A stretch of DNA of 64,000 bases from Antedon mediterranea (Eukaryota; Animalia; Echinodermata): assembly GCF_964355755.1 (NCBI RefSeq), contig NC_092674.1, positions 21,514,001-21,578,000 on the forward strand, read 5' to 3'. Positions 35,207-49,629 of the stretch are shown here, in pieces (position 1 is the first letter of the stretch; each line of letters starts with the position of its first letter). A model generated the notes under the pieces. That model was given only the letters and a program-made list of their open reading frames with translations. It was not told the DNA's origin and did not search any database. Both the position numbers and the translations under genes were made by a program.

Positions 35207-35681
35207 CTAAAAAAAACAACCAAAATATACTAAAATAATACGAAATGGAATTAGAGTGGTACCACAATCACTATATCCCAATACTTATAGGACGTCAAAG
35301 AGTGCTTATGTGAACATAATGTCGCGACCCAAATGTCAAATGCCGCGACCAAATTTCAAATGCCGCAACCCAAATGTCAAATGCTTATGTACAAATTGGT
35401 TACATTTAAAAAATCCCCAAACATGAACAATGATTGACAACGATCAAATACGACGAATGCAATTGTTTGTCAATTAAAAAATGCACATCACAATGGTAAA
35501 GAACTCATAAGCAAAATGTATTACAACCGTTAATTAAAGTACCGTGGTATTAATAAGAGGTATATCATTTCTGATTGTGTTGCCAGTGTCAGCCTGAATC
35601 ATTTATCTTATTTTATTGTTACAATTCTACAATAATAAGAACAATTAATTTTACATTGCTTGTATCCGATACCAAACTTAC

Positions 35682-36357
35682 CCTTTATAAAAGGAATTAG
35701 TTTCGTATGATATCTTGAACGACATCTTAGGCTTCGAGACCTCATTAATGAGCGTATATACCGGTACTTCTCCAACCCACATGTGAGCTCCGTCGCCAAT
35801 CTGCATTCCAACTCTTAACCAGTGCTCTGATCCATTGACAACCGCGTCTGTATCGTCTAGGACAACTTCAACTTCTAACGCTAAGATGTTATTGGAAGCA
35901 TATGGGTCGTTCACTTCAATAAATCCGTCAAAATGTGTCACCGACCAGTCTTTAAGAATGCCAAAGTTATCATCGTTAGTAATGTACTGCGTCTGAGGAG
36001 CGTAGTAGCAGAACTCTGTCGAATATGTACAGGATAAACTGTCACTGACATACGAAACGGACACTTTGTTGATACTCCACTGCTCGCTTGTCTTGTTAGT
36101 CGTGAAGTTGTATGGTAGTATGACTTCAATTTTAGGATCAGCGGTACCTTTTGGAAACTCAACAATAATGTTCATATGCACCCTTTGACCAACTTTAGCA
36201 TATACATTACCATCTGTAGACTGCTCAGTGATGTTCATGATGAAATGCGGTAGTTTACTGAAGACTGCGTCGGTAGCTCCCTCTGCCGTGATTAAACCAG
36301 CGTCATCGATTTCGGCATAAATAGTTACAAGTAAAATAGCTCCAGGTTTTATATTGG
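35682..36357 (-). CDS. Host gene exon 9 (beta-sandwich-like repeats)
   Basis: 676-nt open exon, phase 1-2. Confidence 0.85.
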
Positions 36358-36592
36358 CTACAATAAATTGATTTAAAACAAAATAGTTGGTTATTTTTTC
36401 TAAATATTAATGCAAATTATTGTAATAAGGGCAAGTTTAAATAAAACTGAGTGCAATATAGTTCGTTGCTAACGCAAATTTTTCTGAAAAAAGGCTATAT
36501 CAACTACATGATACGGTAATATCTGCACTTATAATTTAGCGACTCGAAATTTTATTTTGGTTTATTTAAGTAAAAAACGATTTCAATAATAC

Positions 36593-36710
36593 CATTAACA
36601 GTAGAATTGATGGTCCCTTCAAATTTAATGTCAGATGAAAAGTAAACATTATTACTAAAAGACAAATGAATTTCTGCTGCAGGTGAGACCAGGGTGACCG
36701 TGAAGTCGCT
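36593..36710 (-). CDS. Host gene exon 8
   Basis: ttttcag|..|gt, phase 0-1. Confidence 0.7.
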
Positions 36711-36874
36711 CTGAAAAATACAATGAATCCGTTGCAACATCTGATAGCAAATCTGACTTAAAAATAAAACAACAACAATTAAGTCACTGCTAAAGTCACA
36801 CTAATTGTATTATGATCACACATTGCCCCATTAACCAATACTGTATATTGAGAAAATACAAGACAGAACTATAC

Positions 36875-36943
36875 CGTCATGGTTGATTTGGTATCTCCGT
36901 TTCCTGTTAAAGTCCATATAAAAGAATCTGCAGAAATGTCTAA
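36875..36943 (-). CDS. Host gene exon 7
   Basis: poly-T tag|..|gtatag, phase 0-0. Confidence 0.7.
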
Positions 36944-37149
36944 CTAAAAAAAAAAAGATTTACTATTACATTATTTAATCATTTAACGAACGTATTCGTG
37001 TCGAAGCTCAACGGATATATTTGAATGTGTATTTTTTTTCAATTTGGCAGTTGCAAGTTTAGGTACGTCTGTAAACAGGCTTGGGTGGATGGAGTGGACT
37101 TGTGGCTTGGTGGTTGTGATGCTTGGCTAGCATAAGGAATTTTTGTTCT

Positions 37150-40050
37150 AATGACAATTTACAATGCCACTCCCAACTATAATGGCACTAGATCGTTAAG
37201 ATTGTTTCGATAAAATCGTTTCACTCATAAAATCATACAAACATCCATCTACAAACTTATCAGCAAAAGAAAAAACAGGGCTAAAATAACTTAAAGAAGA
37301 CCACAAGATTACAATTTTTCGTGCTGACAAAGGCTGTGCTACTATTTTAGTAAACACAACAGATTATAAAGCCAAGGTAAATGAGATGTTATCCGACGAC
37401 CAAGTATATGAACAACTCAAATCGAACCTCACTCCTAAATATAAACGTGCTTTGATGAATATCCCTAAATAGATTGCTTAATGAAAAGAAAATCACATAT
37501 GGGGAAAAATGTAAATTATTCCCGACAGCAGAAAAAACACCGAGGCTATATTGCACATCTCAAATTTATAAACGAAACTGGCCCTTGAGGCCAATCGTAG
37601 ACGGTATAGACTCCATTTACTATAAGGTGTTCAAATTTCTAATAGATATTCTAAAACCAATGGTTGCATGGCAACTCCACACACTCAATAAACAACTCTA
37701 AACAAACTAAACAGACTAGCAACCGAACTTAAAGACCTTCATGTGTCACATTTTTGTTTCATTTGATGTAGTTGTAGATTAATGCGCATGTCTGGCGTCG
37801 TAAGGACGTATTTGATTTTTGCTCCAGGTTTTGAATGCAAATATGCTACAAAATTAGCCAATCTAAGAAAATCATCATCTTAACTGGTAATATTTATAGT
37901 TATTGTGCTCGTGAAGGTGACAAATTGGTTCTATGATCAACTTATGTTGATCTAATCCTTGTTTGTGTATGTACATGGCGCTAGGCCTGTGGCGGGAATT
38001 TCGATCGAGCTAGTCATTGTTTATGATCACCGTGGTGACAGCTGTTTTGGTATGTCAAATCCAACCATTCAGAAGGGACGTAACGAAAGTGACAACACTA
38101 GGTCCCGGGTAACAAGGGACCTAAATGGTGATACTACCCCCGATGGTGCTGTAAACTATGAAAATGATGAGAATAATTCTATATATGAAGCAAGTCCTGT
38201 GATAAACGAACTTCTATGCTTGTTGTGAACAACCTGGGTTCAATGACGTTCGATCACTTACATAGTATAGTATTGAAAGCTATAGCGTTGATGATATAAA
38301 GAAAGCTAAAGATACACTATCGCAATATTTATTGGATCCTGAGAGTAATCTAAAGAAGAGGATACGTAAGCACGGAATTATGATGACCGACATTCTGACA
38401 TACCTCGTCAATTGCGATATGCGGAATATACCGGTTTTTGTTGCAGCCAACCTCAGAAAAATTCATTTTGTACCGATAGATAGGTTTGACGGTTCTATGA
38501 TACTTAGAGAAATACAACAATTAAAAACTGAGATCAAAGTTAGTTTAAAAGTTTACTTTCTATAGACCAGAGTTTCCAAAACAAAAGATTGAATGAATGA
38601 ATGAATGTAGTGTCTTTGTTTATAAAGACCCCTACGGAAAAATCACTGGAAATAATACATGAATGCTTGAGGGCTAACCAAACACTACAAGATCGTACAA
38701 AACTAAAAGTAGAAGACGTTATGGAACTGTTGTTTCTGGTCGTGAACACCACATACTTTAGTTTTAAAAACATCATATACAGGCATAAATCCGGCATTGC
38801 TATGGGAAGTCCAATTAGTCCAATCGTTGCAAACCTGTTTTTAGAATGGTTTGGATACTGAGGCCTTAAGCAGAGCAAATGACAACATCAGACCTACTTA
38901 TTGGCGAAGGTATGTAGACGATGTTTTAGCTGTGGTTAAAAAAGAATCCATAGAAGATCTTAACAAACATCTTAACACCATAGACCCTACTAAAAGTATC
39001 AAGTTTACTACAGAAAGAGTGACCGATAACATTTCTGGACTGCCTTATCACCCTAAAAACTGACGGTACAATAAAAACTTCCATTTACAGGAAACCCACA
39101 CATACTGACCAAATTGATACTTAAACTTCAAATCAAATCATCCTCTTGAGCACAAGCTGAGCGTCGTTAACACACAGATGCCAAAACATCGTAACACCAC
39201 AGCAGAGCAAAAGAGAAAAGATGAATCACATAATAAAAGTATTTAATATATGTGAATACCCAAATTGGACCATCGATAGACTGATACACAACACAAAAGA
39301 AAAGAATAGTCAGAAAAAAAGGAGAAAACAAGCAAGACAGATAGCTTTACCCTATGTGAGAGGGCTATCGGAAAACATACATAGAACGCTCACTAGCCAT
39401 AAAATTAACTCTTACTTTGTACCCAAAAACAAATTAAGATCACATCTAGTACACCCAAAAGATAAAATTAAGCCGGAGGACACAAGTGGAGTAGTGTATG
39501 AATGAATTGTATGAATTGTAACATGCTATACATAGGAGAAACCGGCAGAAAACTGGGAAACATAATAAAAGAACATAAAAAAGATGTAGAAGATCACATG
39601 AAAAGAGTTATGACAAGGTCAAGCAGAATGTCACAATCAAACATTACACATAAATCTGTAATTACAGACCATGCTATAAAGGAAAACCACTCACCTAATT
39701 GGAAGGCAAAAGTGTTAAAAAAGAGGGAAACATCAACAAGAGAGGATGATTAGAAGCAATTATAATTTAAAAAACTAAAAACAACATGAACAGAGACCAA
39801 GGAGGAAAGTGGCTGCCACACATATATGATGACTTGCTAGAAGTGAGACGGCTTGCCGGGGCGGATCCCTCTGGGATTCATTCAGAGGTATTCAAGTAAA
39901 AACTCAGAGAGGGCGCATGTCACAACAACATCACGTGACTATGCCATGATCAGTGTCGGCAAATCAAGCTGACACCACTACCTTGAAAAGGCACAAAACG
40001 TTGGTAAGTTCAACGTTAATTTGTCCTTCACTAGAAACGAAAATTTGATT
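37150..40050 (+). mobile_element. Decayed Penelope-like element (RT + GIY-YIG)
   Basis: ADKG, PLRPIV, FDVVSLF, AMGSP.SP..ANLF, RYVDD, YRKPTHTD, YIGETGR. Confidence 0.88.
37773..38604 (+). mobile_element. Internally deleted LINE derivative (5' UTR + ORF1 part + (GAAT)n tail)
   Basis: ATGTAGT duplication splitting the PLE FDVVSLF motif; ORF1-like 'NELLC...IKKAK..L...DI......P.FVA.NL'. Confidence 0.7.
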
Positions 40051-40088
40051 CTAAAAATACAATGTATATGTTGTTTTTACTTCCCTAC

Positions 40089-40237
40089 CTCCATATTTTT
40101 AGATGTAAGGGTAACTCTAAAATCCTTTCCGGATGTCAATCCAGTAGTGCTAACCAAGAAGTTCGTCTTCACATTATCTCCAATTTCGTAGTTGGTTCTC
40201 GAATACTCAACGTTTGCGCTCGCATCCATAATGGGAG
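40089..40237 (-). CDS. Host gene exon 6
   Basis: ctttcag|..|gtaggg, phase 1-0. Confidence 0.75.
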
Positions 40238-40364
40238 CTGAAAGTATACGTTGCCGGTATATCTATATAAATTATGGTTAATTTTGACATAGAGGCGAGC
40301 ACAATGGAAAAACTTCGGGACAAATCTTTACCTTTGATACCTACTTGATCTATCTCAGATGTAC

Positions 40365-40632
40365 CGCGAAATATAGCGCCCTTTTCATGAGTAATCATGC
40401 TCAAAGGCGCTTTACAAGCATTATTACCCCAGTATTTTTTGGGATCAAACACGTATGGAAACATACTCCCATAATGCAGCCGGTAACCAGCGCAAAGTTG
40501 TGTCTAGATCTAACTGGGTACCCATTTATGCACCTGGGTGGAGAGAGGCAACGTAATGCGGCAAGAGTTGGATTTGAACCTAGGTCTGACGATCGGTAGT
40601 CCAACGTCCAACACACTGCGCCACACGCCCTT
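40365..40632 (-). mobile_element. tRNA-derived SINE
   Basis: A box TGGCGCAGTG, B box GGTTCAAATCC, central CTCCACCCAGGTG.ATAAATGGGTACC, L2-like AAAGCGCCTTTGAGCA..GGCGCTATA end. Confidence 0.8.
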
Positions 40633-40801
40633 ACATGGAATGAAATAAATGAATAAATAAATAGCACACCCTCTATATTCTGTTCAATTCATCTGAAGGA
40701 TATTGATTTCTTTTGTAAAATAACTTTCGTAATTATTTTGAATTTCGAATTGAATTCAAGAAATAAACGATTATAAATACATAATTATATAGAATATTTA
40801 C

Positions 40802-41050
40802 TTTTCGAAATATATATTCCTCTTGGATTATCTAGTCGACTGTCGTTACTTTGCTTTGAAGATAGGCCAGTTTTTCTGTCAACTCGATTTATGCCACCTG
40901 TTAAATCTGTCCAATACAGATAGTTTCGATAAATGTCCATAAAAAGCGGAAACATTTCCACAAGTGTTATAATCGTTCTTCTATTAGTTCCATCAAGGTT
41001 AGCTTCCTCAATTACATCACTTCCTGCATCGCACCAATACATCTTTCCAT
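40802..41050 (-). CDS. Host gene exon 5 (YWTD repeats)
   Basis: MYWCD..IE.ANLDGTNR, LYWTD. Confidence 0.9.
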
Positions 41051-41418
41051 CTTGCAAAATAATAGTGAAACTCAATGAGAGAGTTTAACTTTTAATAACG
41101 GGTATGGTAATATCAAGGCAACAATTTAATAACAGGACTCTGCTGTGATTAATACAATATACAATTTAATCGTATTTTGGAACTTTAAAAGGTCCTATGT
41201 GTCTGTTTTTTTTACGAATATGAAGTTTAAATAGCCATCTAAAGAAGTAGACATAATTCATCGCACCTCTTGCTTCAATATCAGTTTTAATGTAGTCTCA
41301 TCGCGTCCAGAATACTTGCTTGACTGTACGGATATGTTTTAATACAGGAATTGTTAGGGAGCACCAGATCAGTACCATTTTTTCATTATATATTTTTACA
41401 TAATATATCTTAACTAAC

Positions 41419-41543
41419 CGGGAACTGCCAAAACAAGTCCGTATGCCTGGTAGAGTCCAGTTGTTACTAAAGCGGTTCTTCTCAGATCATCTAACCTTGC
41501 CCTTTCTATCACATCGGTTCCAACATCAGTCCAGTACAGGTAT
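41419..41543 (-). CDS. Host gene exon 4 (YWTD repeat; absent from the ORF track)
   Basis: RYLYWTDVGTDVIERARLD; phase 2-1 bridges exons 3 and 5. Confidence 0.9.
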
Positions 41544-41907
41544 CTATTTAAGTATAATGTATTTTATTATTAAAGTTTTGTTCTACTATTTTAGCTTCCA
41601 TCTACATATATTTCCTAAACAATGCCATATACATGGCTGCAGTTTTGTGCTCAAGTTAGTGTTTAGCGACCAACCGATCGACATAGTGAGCTGTAAAATC
41701 ACTTTGCACACGACTAACAAACCTATAAAATAAAAGAGCAAACTGACTACCTAATTCAAATACTGAATATGTGATGGAAAGTTTGATGATTTCTCTAAAA
41801 CTCTGTCTACATTATCAAACTAGTTTGAAAAAAAAATTGTGGTGTGCCCAAATATGGTAGTAATATTCCTAAATATGGTATTGATATGACATCATCATGT
41901 CCACATC

Positions 41908-44900
41908 TATTCAATTCATCGACATTTTTATTCCATAATCAAAATAAAAACATATACAAATACAATACAAATACTAAGATAATGGAATGGGATCTATATT
42001 ATAAGTGAGAGAGTTTGTCTGTCTGTTTGTTTGTCTGTGTGTTTGTTCGTTATACAAAATGTTGTTACTGCACGTAATCTTACATATGGGGTATCAAAAT
42101 GACCGCAATTGTACCGGGAATGTTCTAAGCTATATTTCAATATCATCCGCCACCTAGGATCCAAGTTAGGGACCAAAATGTATTCAAAACCCGCACTTTC
42201 AATGTTTGTTCGTTATACAAATTTCTGTTTCTGCACGTAACCATACGTATGGGGTATCAAAATGATGGCAATTGTACCCGGAAGGTTTTAAACTACATTA
42301 AAAAAAATTCCCCCGGCTCCTGGGGTTTTTGTGGGAGGGGTTGGGGGGGGGGTGGTTTGTGATGTCATTTTTGCTAGGGCTCGGGGTTGTAGGCTATCGA
42401 ATTGTAAAATTATACTACAAAAGTTTTACAGTATTTTAATTATCCTCAGCAATGTGTTTGGGGAAATATATATATAGATATACATATTTTATTCATTAAC
42501 CAATATGACACCTATTCAATTACACATTTAGCAAAGTACTTTAACCATATCCAGCTATGTATCGGTCTCTTGGATTGTCTCATTACAGACATCCATTTCC
42601 TGTGTAAGCTTATCACCATGTCCGAAACTGTATTGGGAATGTTTTAAACTGCTTTTGAAAACTGCTTCTGGGGGATTGGGAGTGCTGGCTAACATAATTT
42701 GTACTGGAATCGTCTCTCCACATCACCCAGTATCTGGGAAGTGTTTGGAGGGGAGGAGAAGGAGCGAAAATATTGGCATAATGAAGTAGTATGATTGGAA
42801 TTGTAATAGGAAAAGTTACTACATTTGAACTGTCCAGGGGAGGCGTTAAAGTTTGTTGATTGTGGTTGGGATGGTGAGAGGAGAAAGAAGGCTGGGGGGG
42901 GGGACGCAGTATCAAAATTAGATATTTTAATTATCAGCCAATATGACACCTATTCATTTATACAGTTTACAACGTACTTAAAACATACACCTATCATAGC
43001 TATGTACACCCCTACCCCTAAAGTTGAATTGAAATTTGTCCTGGGAAGTGTTTGTTTTTAAAAAAGAGTGTGAGGTGTTATTGAAGAGGGCTGGAGGATG
43101 GTGAGTATAGGGAGACACTGGGGTCGGGTGTTATGTACTGAGAAAGCTTTAAACTAATTTTGAAACCCGCCCTTGGGCGGGTATACTTGCTAGTACAAAA
43201 TAAGCACAAGTGCTTTAAGCATGTAACCCTAACAACAAAGATCAAACAATTAATACAAACAAAAAAGAACAAACCAAAATAACATAATGTGATTTACTTA
43301 ACTTAAATATTTCTATTGTTATAATATTGCTTTAATCTCTGTTTAAAAAAACTTAAAGTGGGGGATTGTTTTTTATAGTCTGTTAAATTATTCCAAATAT
43401 GTGTTCCTTGGTAGGAAATACATTGCTGTCCGACTTTGGTGCGTTTTAGTTGTGGACAGTAGTTTGAACTGTTTCTAGTTGAGTAATTATGGAATGAGGC
43501 AGATGTACTAAATAAGTTATTAAATGATTTAGGTAATAGATTATGTTTATATTGATACATAAATATAGCAGTGTGTTTTGTATAAAGTTCAAAAATATTT
43601 AATGTTTGGGTCGAAATAAAAAGTGGATGAAAAGGATGCATAAAATGAACATGACAAATATTTTTAAGTGCTTTTTCATGAGAATATGTATACGGTTTAA
43701 ATTTGTAGCAGAAGTAGCACCCCATACTGTAATAGCATACGTTATAATATAAGTGCATTGTATACCGTTAACAAGATTTTACTTGATAACATAGACTTCA
43801 CTTTGTTTAAGACACCAATTATTCTAGAAATACTGTTTGCTACATAATTACATGAAAATTAAACGATAAAGTTTCATCCAGAAATAAGCCTAGAAATTTA
43901 ACTTCAGTAGCTTTTACAATACATTCATTTCCCATCCTCAATTCTAGTGAGGTAATGTCAGCTGACTTATTTCTAGTCTTAATTATAACATATTTTGATT
44001 TGTTTACATTTAGCGTTAATTTGTTAGCAATAAAACAGTCCGAAAGTATAGATAACTCCTGGTTCATTGTATCAAAAGCTTGAATAATATCATTGTGACT
44101 ATAAAACACATTTGTGTCACCTGCATACATAATCATGTCTACATGGTTACATGCTAGACTAATATCATTAATGAATATAAGAAATAATAATGGACCCAAT
44201 ATGGATCCCTGAGGAACTCCAGTGTTTACTGTCATTTTACTAGATGCAGTATTAACAATAAATGTGTATTGTGGTCTTTTTTTAAGATAGTTTGAGAACC
44301 AGTTTACCGGAACTCCTCTTATACCATAACATCTTAACTTATGTAATAATATATCATGATCGATTGTATCAAACGCTTTTGATAAATCAAGGAAAACTCT
44401 TGTGTGAACTCTTTATTCTCAATAGCGTTTGTGATTTTTTCAATCGATTATATTAAAGCATGACTAGTTGAATGGTGTTGTCTAAACCCATACTGTGTTT
44501 TACTCAGTACGTTATATTTTGAGAGGTAACAAATCGTTTGATCATACACAATCCTCTCAAATATTTTGGAAAAAAAAGGGTAAAATGGAAATAGGCCGAT
44601 AATTATTTATATCTGAGATGTCACCATTCTTAAATACCGGGATAACTTTAGCAATTTTTATATCAGCCGGGAGACAGCCCGATGATAATGACGTATTAAT
44701 AATATGCAATAAAGGTTTTAAAATAAACGGGGAAGCAGATTTTATGAGTTGGGCACTTACACCATCATGGCCAGGAGAAGTATTCTTTGTGTTTTTAATA
44801 TAGTGGTTAAGTTCATGTTCAGTAACAGGTTTAAAAAACATTGAAGAGGTAAAATTTCCCTTTAATAAAGTTCTGTGGGTGATTTGATCATTTTGACATT

Positions 44901-47900
44901 CATGCCTAAATTTATTATTTTTAGTCTTTCTCCAATATTAATAAAAAAAAGAGTTGATTGGATCAGCTTTCTCATCATTATCAGAGAAAGTCTCAGTACC
45001 CAATTTTATTTTTGTAGGCAAATTGGTAGTCTTTTTCCTACCCATTATATCATTTAGGATTGTCCACGTTTTTTTAATATCTTGTTTATTTTGTTCAAAC
45101 TGGACCATATAATATTCTTTTTTTCAGATTTCTAATAGTAGTGGTTAACTTGTTTCTAAAATGTATGTACGTGCTTTTATTAGTAGTGGTGTTATTTTGT
45201 TTGTACTTTTGATATAATTTATGTTTTTGAGAGATAGCGTTGGCAATTTCAGCTGTGATCCAAGGAGATTTCCACTTGTTCGCCTTATTTCTATTTCGTT
45301 TTAAAGGGAAACAATTATCAATTGCTTTATTTAAAGTGTTTGTAAAATTTTGATAAGCAACATTCGCATTATTTGAGGATAGCACATCATTCCACTGATT
45401 GCTTTGTAATTTTGCAAAAAATACTCCGTTTGTTGAGGAGAGTATTGTCGTTTATATACAAATCGGGGATATTGCTTATTATGTTTTTCCAAAGTATCTA
45501 CACAGAATATTGGGAAGTGATCAGAAATATCAGTAATAAGTATTCCACTTTTAAGGGTCGTAGTAAAAGAATTGATGTTGCAATAAATGTTATCAATCTA
45601 AGCACAATTATCGGATATTCTAGTAGGACTTTTTATGATTGGCTGAAATGACTGAGAAAATATTGTGTCTAAGTGTGATTGGATAGTGTTGTCGGTAGAT
45701 TGTTGGAGTAAGTTTATGTTATAGTCTCCCACAAGGTAAGCTTTCTTTTTTTCTAGATTAATCATTTGCATTAAACATGTTAATTCATCATCAAACTTTT
45801 GCAAGGAACGTGATGGTGGTCTATAAACTATACCACAAATAACATTATTTCCTGATTCTAACTCAATCTCAATAAAAATAGTCTCTGCTTCAGTCATACA
45901 AGATGACAGATCATTTCTATTAATATATGTTAGTTTGTTGGTAACATAGAACGCTACCCCACCACCTCTCTTATCCTTCCTATCATTGTGAATCAAACTG
46001 TAGCCTGGTAACTGGTATAGATTAATAATATCTTTTTCGGTTAACCGGGTTTCACTGAAGGCAATGATGGAGAAGGCATGTACGAGTGAGTCTAAATAGT
46101 TTGAGATTAAGTCAAACTTATTAACAACACTACGACAGTTTAGTCCAAATATAGAAAAGTTTGATGATAAATTAGAATGTTCAAGTGAAGGAATTAAGTT
46201 ATCTTCGTTAAAATATTCTGTGCTCACATTTACATTATCACAAAGGTCCCATTCAAACATTTAAATTAGACAGAAATGACAAATAAATAAAACTGAGCAA
46301 GCTGCTTACAGCAGAGAATGGTTTCTGAACCGAATACGGTGATTTTAGGACAATTGAGTTATATATCCTATCCTTAGCTATATAGCCTAAGTTAACAAGT
46401 ATGTACAATAAATTACAATATATACAATGTAATATGAATTGTTTTATCATGACATACCAACAACAACTAAACGACAGGCAGTGAAAATATAATGATGATC
46501 ATGAACGCCAATTAAGTATTTGGTTAACTTAAACAATTTTGATCAATCTAACTCACCGATGTCCAGAATGTATTATTATGGCAAGTTATCGTTAGTCACT
46601 GGTATGTCAAAGCATCACCGGTAGACAGCTACGTTGAAACGGTCTAGATCATGATGTCTCAATAACGGCGCTCACTTATTAATCACATCAGCCACTAAAT
46701 GTTGTTATTATTTGTCATTATACATCACTAGTAAAGTACGGATAGTATAACTTAAATACATTTAGTTGTGTTGTGTTTCATTAAAATGATGTGTTTAACG
46801 TTTACGAGTTTGATCAACCCAGTAACTCATCGATGAATTACCGGTAAACAACTACGTTGAAACTTACATCATCAACAGCCACTTAATTGTTGTTGGTATT
46901 TCTCATTATGTAACACTATCGTCGCACACCTGTCGTGGGTCACCTGAAGCATGAATGGACAGAGATATCTAGAACATAACAGCCAGGTGCGCGACATAAA
47001 CAAACAAACTTCGTTTATTTACAATTTATAACGGTAGAAATACTACTATCTACAATCACATAGGCTAATTAGTCTACGTTCTACAAGACAATGATAGACT
47101 GCGGTAATGTAGGTATGAAATATAATTCATAAACATTAATTAATTGTGTTTAATTGAACATTAATTAATTTGGCTTAATGACTTAATTATAGTTATTTTA
47201 GTGGTTTGTATGGCTTACCGTCGATAAACAGTTGTCCATTTCTGAATACGGGCTTACGTTTTTCGGCATATGCCTGCGCCATAATTATAGATAATTCTCT
47301 CCTTTTCTTCATGTCCGCATCAGGTAAATCTTCAGTAATAAATACGTTTTGTGATTTACTTTTTAATTTTACTTTTCCTAGTTTTAGAACTTGGTTTCTT
47401 TGTGGACGGTATAGAAATTTAGCTACTATATGCCTCGGTTTGTTATCTAAACGGCGTTTCCCGGTGCGATGGCAATTTTCAATTTCGATGTCCTCGAGTC
47501 CGAGTTCTTCGTGTAGTTTTGTAATAAGTCCTGGGTGTTTTCTATAGCATTTTCTATAACTCCTCCAAACCTTAGATTAAAACTCCTACTGTATCTTTCT
47601 TGTTTTAGGATTGAATTTTCCATGCCCGCCATTTTATCCTGATAAGCCGCCAGTTTGTTTTCATACTCCTTCATTTTCTTGATTTAATTTCCAATTTTTA
47701 ATATTTCATCCTTCGTTTTGTTAGTTGAATCATGCGCATATTCCACACTTTTTTCTAGATCTTTGATAGTTGTTTCCAGTTTGGTAAGCCTTTTGTTGTA
47801 GTTTTTTTTTATTTTCTAGGACTTTATCTAGTTTACCATTAAGTTGTTCTGATAGCCTACCTAGTTGATCGGCAAGCGTTTGAGTTTCCCCCTCTCGATC

Positions 47901-48150
47901 GCCGGAGGCTTCGATTGGATCATCTGCTTCTGAACTTTCGGAGGGTCTAGCTTTTCTTGTTAAGTCAATTGATTTAGTATTTGCCCTAGTAGGCCTATTA
48001 GTCGCCATAATGCAGTCTTCTTTTAGTTAGGGTATACAACTTTTAAAAAAATAGTAGAGTTTGTTGGCTATATATTACTTTTAGTCTGAATTTAAGATCT
48101 TTTTCCCCTGCGTGTAAAATGTAGGTGTTGTCTTTACTCGCGCATGCTCA
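41908..48150 (-). mobile_element. Full-length two-ORF L2/Crack-like LINE, decayed
   Basis: ORF1 47150-48008 (coiled coil, 'ERYSRSFNLR..G', 'ITEDL'); ORF2 APE 45598-46260 and RT (GVPQGSILGP); TGAAT-type tail. Confidence 0.88.
41993..43193 (+). mobile_element. Non-autonomous Helitron in the LINE 3' UTR
   Basis: 5' TC, 3' hairpin CCCGCCC-TT-GGGCGGG then CTAG, inserted between A and T. Confidence 0.85.
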
Positions 48151-48263
48151 TTATTTCATATGGGCACATCACATTATTTTTCACATAAAGTTTGATAGTG
48201 TGGACAGAGCTTTAGGTTAGTGAAACAAGATTATTATTTTACAGTGATAAAAAAGTGCCGTAC

Positions 48264-48426
48264 CTGTTGGTTTTGTCTAATCTAATTGTACGTGGAACCA
48301 TTAACGATGTGTTAAACAGAATTGTCCTGTTCGTTCCATCCAAATTTATTACTTCAATTCTCTTTGCATAACGACTTGTCCAATAAAGCTTACTTCCAGT
48401 TCCATCAACGGCTAAACCATACACAT
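48264..48426 (-). CDS. Host gene exon 3 (YWTD repeat)
   Basis: GLAVD....LYWTS....IEV.NLDGTNR. Confidence 0.9.
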
Positions 48427-49274
48427 CTTTAATAATTACAAAATTAAACACTTGTGCTGTAATCACAAATTATATACGACATCTTACTCAGCTACAATTA
48501 TAAAGACTAAAACTGTACTGTATTTTAATCAAAATGTTCAACTCCTTAAACCACATAAAATGTGTATACACATTTAATATAGAACAAACATTCAAAATGT
48601 AATAATTTTAACTATAAACTAATTTGAAAGAAACCTTTAACAAATATTAGTACATATTTTAGGGAAAGAAAAATTAGTATCGGTATCAGGTAGATTATGA
48701 TGTAGCTCTGTGCGTGCATTCTATCATGTTAGACTTTATTCCCACTATGTGATGATAATAATCTATTATTACACAAGGGCAAAATTCGGTAAATCGCGAA
48801 TGAAGCGAGCGTACTATCATCTAGTTATTATAATATTAGTCTAATCCACCTATGTTGGTTGTATTGTCGAGTATTATCGTTTTGTGATCTTACTTAATAC
48901 TCAAAATGCGAGGGAAACGGTAAAAGAAAGACCGTTTTGCGAAGGGAGGGAAGTCAGCTAGGTAATTATAAACATGTCGTAAAACAGATCTAAAGTGTTG
49001 TTGTGAAAGGAGACACCTTTGAAATATTTCAGTCTATCCCGCTTCAAATCTAGTGTTACCACCCGTTCCTGCTATCTACTAAATTTGATCAATTGACAAT
49101 AAGATGTCTTATCTCTATCTAACCCAAAGTGTATTATAATTATTTAATAGTTTATGTTGTGGAAACAATTATGAAAAGTAATGACAATTTTGACTATGCA
49201 ATTCAAAACAACAAAGCTAATTCTTCTAATAATAAATTAATTAGTAAAATAAGCAAATGAATAGTTGTTATTAC

Positions 49275-49523
49275 ATTCTGATTCAAACGAAACAAAAACT
49301 TCATGTTGATTAGTGACAAGTGAATACCGTTCAATACTATTCCTACCGCCGCCGTCATACCAGTATAGTGTCGAGGTGTATGAATCGTAATCAAGGACGT
49401 AGAGACGGTCTGATTTAACATTATGAATGGCCATCGTAAAAGTTAAATGTGTTCTGTTGTTGGAACCTATATTTGCCATGTAAACTCCTGGTGGGCTATT
49501 GTTGGCTACGAAAATAATGTCAC
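49275..49523 (-). CDS. Host gene exon 2 (first propeller blades)
   Basis: IIFVAN...LDYD....LYWYD...IER; phase 1-1. Confidence 0.85.
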
Positions 49524-49629
49524 CTGTAAAATAATAATTTTTAATTTAATTCAATACCTAAATTACACAATAATATTGTTTACCTTTATAAAAAAATTAA
49601 ATGCTACGGTATTGAAATACAATACTTAC

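Larger units (their letters stand above)
41778..48212. mobile_element. Small PIF/Harbinger-like MITE split by a LINE
   Basis: TIR AA.CTCTGTCTACA.TATCAAACT / AGTTTGATAGTGTGGACAGAGCTT; halves at 41778-41907 and ~48155-48212. Confidence 0.65.
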
